Shown here in pieces: positions 56,201 through 64,000 of a stretch of 64,000 bases of DNA. The stretch lies in assembly GCA_964016885.1 (NCBI GenBank), contig OZ024744.1, forward strand, positions 24,800,001 through 24,864,000. The letters run 5' to 3'. The notes under the pieces are model-generated. The model did not search any database and had not been told where the DNA came from. It saw only the letters and a list, made by a program, of their open reading frames with translations. How positions within the stretch are numbered: position 1 is the first letter of the stretch; each line of letters begins with the position of its first letter. The DNA is from Eledone cirrhosa (taxonomy: Eukaryota). Made by a program: the position numbers and the translations under genes.

Positions 56201-56990
56201 AACTTCCAGAAGTCCCTGGCCTGGCAGTGCTACCGAGGGGCTTTACCCGTTCGAGAAAGGCTCTACAGACACGGGCGCCCGGGTAGGGACCCCGCCAAAA
56301 AGATCTGTCCCAGATGCGTGTGCGACGAGGAAACCGTTGCACACGCATTGGTACACTGCTCGGGCGTAGCCGATCTGTGGGGCTATGTCGAACAACTGCT
56401 GTCAAGGGTGGGACCGATCCGGTTGACCACCGAGTCTATTGTAATGATCAAGCCGCCTCCCCCCTTCAAAGATGAAGCAGAGGCGGTGTTTCTGTGCGTA
56501 ATAGCCATGGCGAAAGAGGTTGTATGGTGGACGCGTCTGAAAGGACTGAGGTCGGGCGCCTTTCTCTCTGGCCAACAACTGGTCCGTTTCTTCCGATATC
56601 ATTTCGGAAGAAGGATCAGGATGGAGAGAGAGGTGCTGCACCCCAGTCGTTTTTATGAAAGGTGGGTGAAAGTGGCGAGAATGGCCCGTGTGAATGGGCC
56701 TTCTCTTTACATAAGCCTGTAGGTGGAAAAGAGGAAGGAACGAGGGAGCACCCCCTCTCTGTGCTCCTGAGGAAAAGGGTTGCACACTTTTTTCGGGGGT
56801 GTGTGCGACCCCCCAAGGCGCCTCCTCTCTATTGAGGATTTTGTTAAAAATTTTATTTTTTGTTATATCTTATTTTATTTTTATATTTTGTTATTGCCTC
56901 CTCCTTATTGAGGACGCCTTTTTGTGTAAACTCCCCCCTTTGTACTTGTCCCACTTTTGATGCCCTAGTGGCAAATAAAAGAAACTTATC
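53278..56990 (+). mobile_element. L1/Tx1-clade LINE insertion: ORF2 plus about 265 bp 3' UTR ending AATAAAAGAAA-CTTATC; no ORF1 seen
   Basis: 3' UTR aligns with the second copy at 36928-37245; the GC-rich element ends abruptly against AT-rich flank. Confidence 0.9.
53285..56722 (+). CDS. Non-LTR retrotransposon ORF2 (APE endonuclease + reverse transcriptase + CCHC zinc finger), L1/Tx1 clade, intact 1145 aa
   Basis: APE motifs CLNARGL, VGDWN, YLDRFLV and SDH; Tx1/L1-like GPGYWKLN linker; RT motifs KSPGLDG, NFRPITLLN, LDQSKAFDRV, RQGCPLS and YADD; GGLG; CPRC...ETVAHALVHC; no stops. Confidence 0.96.
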   Translation: MAVLRVGCLNARGLGSSWKQAMLLNDLRSQSINVMVICEARISSMRQLAPTFDDFEMHASLCQPGGGGGVVVLLQKHMGLATQIVHLDPGGRLVVLDLGSGEGRALRLIAAYAPFGTERPDFFQRLESFLGTSRSLLLVGDWNGILDARWDYAGACPDREGCNSLKGLLGRFDLADRFRLDFPTVPTWSWSNRSGSSRSYLDRFLVRNKDRDFLSCPEMLMVGYSDHKLVTCMVNLDRTHRQGPGYWKLNLSLPASRAYRNRISRLVKERLTGAIVNSRWWVSLKREIRVVSIEFSKVLAADRNRKERELIDRVEEAIRSGDVARVLASRTALSQFFDAKHEGCVVRSKIRALGNEGAKAVSWARVTEANSGTKSTIRSLRDLDGRAILEPKQMCEAFQRHFARLFGRGGEPVGNVDFGPYLDGLPRLSDREAKSCEEPISAAEIEDVLGQCGKRKSPGLDGLPYELYLAMPDLFPDLLEAVYCNWQQNGRIPCTVTKGVVTLVRKDENKGDEISNFRPITLLNTELQILAKVLAKRLALVVSNLVGDAQTCAIPSRSIHDNLHLMRYIIERVGNEPGFGGALINLDQSKAFDRVDHGYLDAVLAAAGFGPVFRGWITAMHSSRICSRVKVNGYLSEPFKIARSIRQGCPLSSLLYVLTLEPLLRKLELLQGIPLEPGLRKAVSAYADDVTVMVSTASEIEAVGTLLEEYEKFTGAKLNRDKSIGLQLGTWRGRPMPSDGVVGRWTEGPVKLLGVWFGPDLQVEKNWAEVTNRVFALTQKWASCKLSLKGRAEVANTYIASVIYYRLTVVPCPRETLTKMERALFQFLWKGRAPMVRRSICCQHPSKGGLGMPWLMMRKHALRLRHLYVFLTGQPVWASFVRRTFPRLVSLTELQSWVKQRPRKLGAWHTECAQALTALWQADPVISGDSTATFYRGLVRSRCDDALGEALDMEEDELASLFGRTFSPGPMDNFQKSLAWQCYRGALPVRERLYRHGRPGRDPAKKICPRCVCDEETVAHALVHCSGVADLWGYVEQLLSRVGPIRLTTESIVMIKPPPPFKDEAEAVFLCVIAMAKEVVWWTRLKGLRSGAFLSGQQLVRFFRYHFGRRIRMEREVLHPSRFYERWVKVARMARVNGPSLYISL

Positions 56991-57121
56991 TTATGTTGAC
57001 TTTCGTAGTTGTTGTTCTTATTTAGCTACTTATTTCATCGTCCTCCTAAGGTAAGAGTGGACATAGACGTAAACAGAAATAATCCATATTTTAATAACAC
57101 ACACTCTATTTTCTGTACAAT

Positions 57122-57152
<31 letters not shown>

Positions 57153-57331
57153 TATATATATATTATATATTTATATATATAAATATATATATTATATACA
57201 TATATATGAGTGTGTGCTTATGTGTATGCGTGTGTATGTATATTTTATTATATTATATATAATAAAATACATACATGCATACACGCGCGCACACACACAT
57301 ACATACATACATACATACATACATACATACA

Positions 57332-57367
<36 letters not shown>

Positions 57368-57369
57368 TA

Positions 57370-57463
57370 ATATCAATAAAAGATCTGAGGCCATATTCAT
57401 TCGGTTCAGGGTTATTTAAAATCCGTTATATACGTATATGGCCTCGGATTTTTTATTGATATA
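57370..57463. repeat. Inverted repeat at the edge of a microsatellite-embedded island
   Basis: ATATCAATAAAAGATCTGAGGCCATAT / ATATGGCCTCGGATTTTTTATTGATAT. Confidence 0.75.
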
Positions 57464-58297
57464 TAATGCACCGGCTAACACCTATAGTCAGGTCGTTCAG
57501 CGCTTCCTTTTATTTCCTTCACAAGTGACAGACCATAATGTGGTCCACACATCCCTGTTCGATTAACTCCTTACTATATATAGTGGTAAGGGTGTTGGAC
57601 TTACGATCATAATGTCGTGGGTTCGATTCCTGGGTTGCATGTTGTGTTCTTCAGCAAAACACTTCATTTCACGTTCCAGGATACTGAAAATGAGTACCAG
57701 CAATAGCTGGAGGTTTATCCCTGCGATGGACTGGCGTCCTGTCCAGGGGTGAGTCTTGTACTCTCAGTAGCTTCACGCTAGGACACCGGGGATAAGTACC
57801 GGCCAAATGAGCCTTCTGGCTTAAGACAGACTTTAGACATTATATACTCTTTTACTCTTTTACCTGTTCCGCCCTTGGCTATATATGTAATCCCTTTCAA
57901 ACACACGTATATATATATATATATATGCATACATACATATGAACACATACACACACACACATATATATATATAAATACATATAGACACATATATGTGTAT
58001 ATATATTCGACAGGCTTCCACACAATCTGGTGACCTTCCGTTGAAAGGGGTATATATCAAAAACCGGTAGGGCTGTGTGTAGAATGTGGAGAGATGTGGA
58101 CATACTGCAACAGTTGAAGACAAAGTAGGAAGCGAAATATTATTAATGAAATAATTGCTACTATGCGCGTGTGTGTGTGTGCGTCTCTCTATATGCATGT
58201 ATATGATTATGTGTCTGATTGTGTGTGCATGAGGGGAAGATACATACACATATATATATACATAGACACACACACATATATATATATACATATACAT

Positions 58298-58439
<142 letters not shown>

Positions 58440-58444
58440 GGAGG

Positions 58445-58526
<82 letters not shown>

Positions 58527-61280
58527 GGTCAATTGTGAACACGTTTATATATTATTTTTCTGGTTATTAAATTATGACGATGTTCTAACAAAAACCCTGG
58601 GGTGGAATATAAATAAATAAACAATAATAATAATAATAATAATGATTTTTGATTTAAGACCACGACCAACAATTTCGGGGGGAAGGGAAGTCAGTTAAAT
58701 TCATCCCAGTGCATTACTGGTACTTTATTTTATCAACCCCGTAAGTATGAAAGGCAAAGTTAACCTCGGCGGGATTTAAACTCAGAACTATATGCTACAA
58801 AGTAATGCTCGAATAATGACTAGAAATCAACATAATATTTATTTTCGTTAGATGTTCCTTTATAATATTAACCTAAATAAATGGCCGAGAGGTGGCCATG
58901 AGTGGCTATATGGGCACTCGAAGCTAAGCTACATACAACAATACATTTCATCCAATTAATGCTGATATTGTTTTAGCCCTCGGTCAAACCTGATCGAAGG
59001 GATCTATGATCAAATACATTCCATTTATTGTCTTATGTGCTGACAGCCAGGGCACACTCTATAATGTGCTGTTTTTCTTTCTAGAAATTGAATCGAGAGA
59101 AATATTGACTAGCATTTCTAGCATATCCAGCGACTAAGTAGAGACTCTCTCATTGGCTTGACCTATGTTGATGGTCAATGTATTGGTAGTAATCAATCTA
59201 GTAGTAGTCAATTGGCTGAAGTGATTGTCTTATACATGAATGTATAGTAGTGATTCCTGATATTTTACGTCACATGATTATTTACGTCATGGTCATTCCT
59301 TTGTAGTTAGAAGTCTCCTCACATACCTACTAGATTTAGTCATCTGTAAGTGTTCATCAAATATCTTTTATAATGGTCACTTGACAGTGGCTATCCTATT
59401 TTTTTTTCAGTGTTTTATTGCAGCTGGCCGAGTAATTTGCTGGTAAAAAACACCGCTTCAAGAGTCTATTAATGGCGTCCTCTTTCTGGTTCTACGATAA
59501 ATTCATAAGCAAGACATTTAACCCTCTAATAACCCAATTCTTCCTTCTAACTGTAAAGCATATAAAACAGGTTAGAAATGTCTCTCAGTGCTGTAACCAA
59601 GAACTAAGAGATTATTATGGTTATTCATTTATTTAATCAATTTAAACGCCCGTATAGAGCTAGTAAGTCATGACAGACTAGGAGAGGTATCTAGTACTCC
59701 TTACATTTAAGAAATAGAAATGAGAGAGGGACAAAAGGAAAATAAAAGAAGGAAAAGTCCAACAGGTGGAGGCATAAATAACGATCTACCAACTATAAAC
59801 ATCTATTGGAAGATGTTATAGTTGGTATTTGACAACATATTGTAGCCTCCATCTATTGGAAGATGTTATAGTTGGTATTTGACAACATATTACATCGTTA
59901 GATAGCAGTCTTCATTTCAAGATTTACTAACAAATTCAACAACGACAACCAGAGTCAACATCGATCATAGCACAAATGTGCTGTTGATTCTGTCGCCATG
60001 ACATTAAACTTGTTTCGAGAATAGCGACGACATTTTGTGACCATTCGGCAGATGTACTGAAAGAGAGACGTTTCTGTTACTTACATAGTTTTATATTACT
60101 TCCAATATACTGTATACCAGAGACTATATAGAAATACACATACATACACACAATTATACATACAGTCAAACATATGTATGCATGTATATATATGTATTTT
60201 ATTAGCCTTGTGATGTTTACTTATACACTTTTTACATTCTGAGTTCAAATCTTAGCCAGGATACCTTTCCTCTTTGAAACTTCCTTGAGATAAAATAAAT
60301 ATGCGGCGGACTAAGTAGTATAGTTGACTTGTAGAAGGAAAACCTTGAAGTAGGTGCTGGTTAAGGGAAGCCAGAGTCGAGAGACAGACAGACTGACGGA
60401 CAGAGAGACTAAGTGACAGACAGACTGAGGGACAGAGATGTTGAAAGCAGACATAGAGAGCAAAAGAACAATCCTCCAGCAGTCAAAGAAAATAACTACT
60501 GCATGTGTAGAGCGGTTGCAGCTGCATCCTGTTTGGTGTTGTGCTTACATGGAGAACACAGGCAAAAACAACAACTATAATTGTTTCTACTTTTGGCACA
60601 AGGCCAGCAATTACCCCAGTGCATTACTGGTACTTTATTTTATCGACCTCCCTAAGGATGAACGGCAAAGTTAACCTCGGCCGGATTTGAACTCAGAACG
60701 TAAAGGGACATAACTCTCTGCCACAAAGCATGGTATCCGGCGCTCTACCAATAGTGCCAGTACACCGACTTCAATAATAATAGTAATCATAATAGTTTTT
60801 ACATTTGGCACAAGGCCAGCAATATGTGCGGTGGGGAAAGTCAATATATCGCTACTTTACGGGAACTTTATTTTATCGATGAAAGGCAAAGTTGACGTTG
60901 GACAGGATTTGAATTCAGCAGGTAAAGAGGAATAACAAAGAGCCGCAATGTCATTTGAACCAACGCTCTACCGATTCTGGCATTGCAAGTAGACTAATAA
61001 TAATGTGTCAGGAAGAAAGAGAGAGACGTTGCTTGGCAACGGTTGAGGGAGTGATGCTGTAATGGAGGTGACTAAATACATGTGATGTCCTGTCGGGTTG
61101 TTTTGTTGAGGGCGTTCTACATGGCAATGTCTATTACATACACACACACACACACATACATACATACACACACACATACATACACACACACTCACACACA
61201 TACACACACACATACATACACACTCACACACATACACACACACATACATACACACATACATACATACATACATACATACA

Positions 61281-61311
<31 letters not shown>

Positions 61312-61313
<2 letters not shown>

Positions 61314-61720
61314 GGTGGCTGCCAACTCGTTTTCGAGTACGGCCACTACTTTATATTTATGTAGGAGAACCCCTACCGATGTGCTGAACGAGTGTGACTT
61401 TATAGTCCAGCCAGCGACTTGAAAACTCTGGTACAAACACTACACTTGTGACAATTACTGACACATAGTGCTGGACCCATGGTACCATGGGACGACAAGT
61501 GCAGAGAGATCTCCAGATATAAAGCAATGCCTGTGCCGTGAAGCTTTTATAGTGAGCAAAGGCACTGCACAAAGCCAGTCCCACTCTCTTAACCAAGATG
61601 ATATTTACCAAAAAGAAGAACAAGTCAACATCATTGGATACCATCAGGGTTGCAGGTGTTATATCAGAATTTTCCTTCTAGAATTCTGCCTTGGCAAAGG
61701 CTAAGGGGTCATCTCTCCCG
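61312..61720. mobile_element. Unclassified interspersed repeat with terminal hairpin; first about 77 bp also at 8158-8234 (inverted)
   Basis: GTGGCTG-CCA-ACTCG-TTTT-CGAGT-A-CGGCCAC at the microsatellite junction in both copies. Confidence 0.6.
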
Positions 61721-61834
61721 GAGATATATACATACATACACACATATATACATACATACATATATACACACATACACCACACATACATATATAACTCACT
61801 AATCTCCTCTCCGGGGAAAACAGAAGTTGGGCAT

Positions 61835-61890
61835 ACTTTATTTTTTCTGACGAAGTTTTAAGAACATTAGAAACTAGTTATATAAACTAT
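61835..61890 (+). ncRNA. Degenerate hammerhead-like motif
   Basis: CTGACGA-AGTTTT-AAGAAC-ATTA-GAAAC-TA-GTT; palindromic stem III, weak stem I. Confidence 0.35.
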
Positions 61891-62037
61891 ATTTTTAAGC
61901 CCAGTAAAAGATAAAAACATGTGATGTAACCTCATTGTTTACTTATCACAGCAACGATGGAATTAAATGTTTATTTAAAAAAAAGGTATACTTTAAATAC
62001 GTACATACATGCACACACACACATATATATATACACA

Positions 62038-62112
<75 letters not shown>

Positions 62113-62162
62113 ATGTGTATATATATGTGTGTATGTGTATATATACATATATATACATACAT

Positions 62163-62207
<45 letters not shown>

Positions 62208-62211
62208 CTCA

Positions 62212-62287
<76 letters not shown>

Positions 62288-62337
62288 CATACATGCATAT
62301 ATATATATGTGTGTGTGTGTATGTATATATGTATATT

Positions 62338-62397
<60 letters not shown>

Positions 62398-62403
62398 AGT
62401 GTG

Positions 62404-62467
<64 letters not shown>

Positions 62468-62580
62468 AGTGTGTATATAAATATATATATATACATATAT
62501 AGAGAGACAGACAGAGAGAGAGACACACACACACAACTATATATATATACACATACACACACACATATACATATATATGG

Positions 62581-62666
<86 letters not shown>

Positions 62667-62667
62667 G

Positions 62668-62733
<66 letters not shown>

Positions 62734-62962
62734 TATATATATATATGTATGTATGTATGTATATATATAGATTACATACAGATTTTATTAAAATAATTAA
62801 GTGCTTTTAAAAATGCGGTTCGTTAAAAATGTGTATCTGTTGACGGAAATATACAGCAGAGCAACAAGTGGCTAAATCATTATATCAACGTATAGATGCA
62901 TTATATACCCTGCTGCGAATGTATGTATGTATATATGTATGTATATTTGTATGTATGTGTGG

Positions 62963-63018
<56 letters not shown>

Positions 63019-63582
63019 ATACATCTATATATATACATACATATATCGTCATATGTATATATTTACTCACAATTATACATTCATTTATATATACATATAT
63101 TCTTAAATATATTATATATATATATATATACGCACACACACACACATATACACATATATGCGTATGTTTTGTTGTGCATGCCGGTGTGTGTGTTTATTGG
63201 TAGGTACCACCCGGTATGAAATGCACTAACAGACCTCGTCTGATGGAGTTAGTTGTTAGCTAAAATGATAGTCGTGGATACTCCTGGTCTCCTACCCAGA
63301 AAGCATACACTGAACGAGGTAGTATGGTGGTGGTGGTGATGGTGGTGGTGTAGATGGTGGGGTAGGGGGGTGGGGTGAAGGAGGTGTTAGTAGTGGTGGT
63401 GGTGGTGATGGTGGTGGTGGTGATGGTGGTGGTAGTAGTTGTGGTGGTGATGCTAGTGATGGTGATGATTATGATAGTGATAGTGGTGATGGTGATGAAT
63501 GAGTTTGATGGAAGATGGTGTTGATGGGGGTGATTCTATTAATCGTAGTAATGACAGTAGTAGTAGTAGTAGCACCAGCAGC

Positions 63583-63656
<74 letters not shown>

Positions 63657-63663
63657 CACCAGC

Positions 63664-63713
<50 letters not shown>

Positions 63714-63789
63714 CAGCAGCAGCAGCAGTAGCAGAAATAAAATTAGTAGTAGTAGTAGTAGTAATAGTAGTAGTAGTAGTAGTAGTAGT

Positions 63790-63869
<80 letters not shown>

Positions 63870-64000
63870 CAGCAGTAGCAGAAATAAAAGTTGTAGTAGT
63901 AGTAGTAGTAGTAGTAGCAGTAGTAGTAGCAGCAGCAGCAGCAGTAGTAGTAGTGGTAGTGGTAGTGGTAGTAGTAGTAGTAGAGCTAGTAAGAGATGGT

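Noticed and set aside
53737-56816. Antisense and alternate-frame ORFs inside both Tx1 copies
   Set aside because: Shadow ORFs of a GC-rich coding sequence
63230-63285. CTGATGG-AGTTA...TAGCT-AAAA...GTC; a similar weak case lies at 1085-1145 minus
   Set aside because: Core positions are altered and pairing is too weak to call

Overview
Eukaryotic, extremely microsatellite-rich, repeat-dominated DNA. The (TA)n/(CA)n/(TATG)n load and the SINE types suggest a cephalopod such as octopus (inference). I found no convincing host-gene exon, and nearly all ORF-track entries are microsatellite translations. Real coding sequence is retroelement-derived: an intact L1/Tx1-clade ORF2 (53285-56722), a decayed 5'-truncated copy of it (34409-37245), a 5'-truncated Penelope-like element (PLE) with RT C-terminus and GIY-YIG endonuclease that the ORF track missed (minus, about 31400-33893), and CR1-like and RTE-like 3' relics. 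There are two tRNA-type SINE families and several minisatellites, including a 5.2 kb 36-bp array with higher-order periodicity. The main hidden signal is that the short islands between (TA)n tracts belong to several unrelated families sharing one architecture. Each has a type I hammerhead ribozyme, then a covarying RCTC-stem-loop-bulge-GAGY-RCTYT hairpin. Many are fold-back palindromes that either put a hammerhead on both strands or turn around inside the ribozyme and erase its CUGANGA half. All alignments and folds were done by eye, so coordinates are approximate to a few bases.
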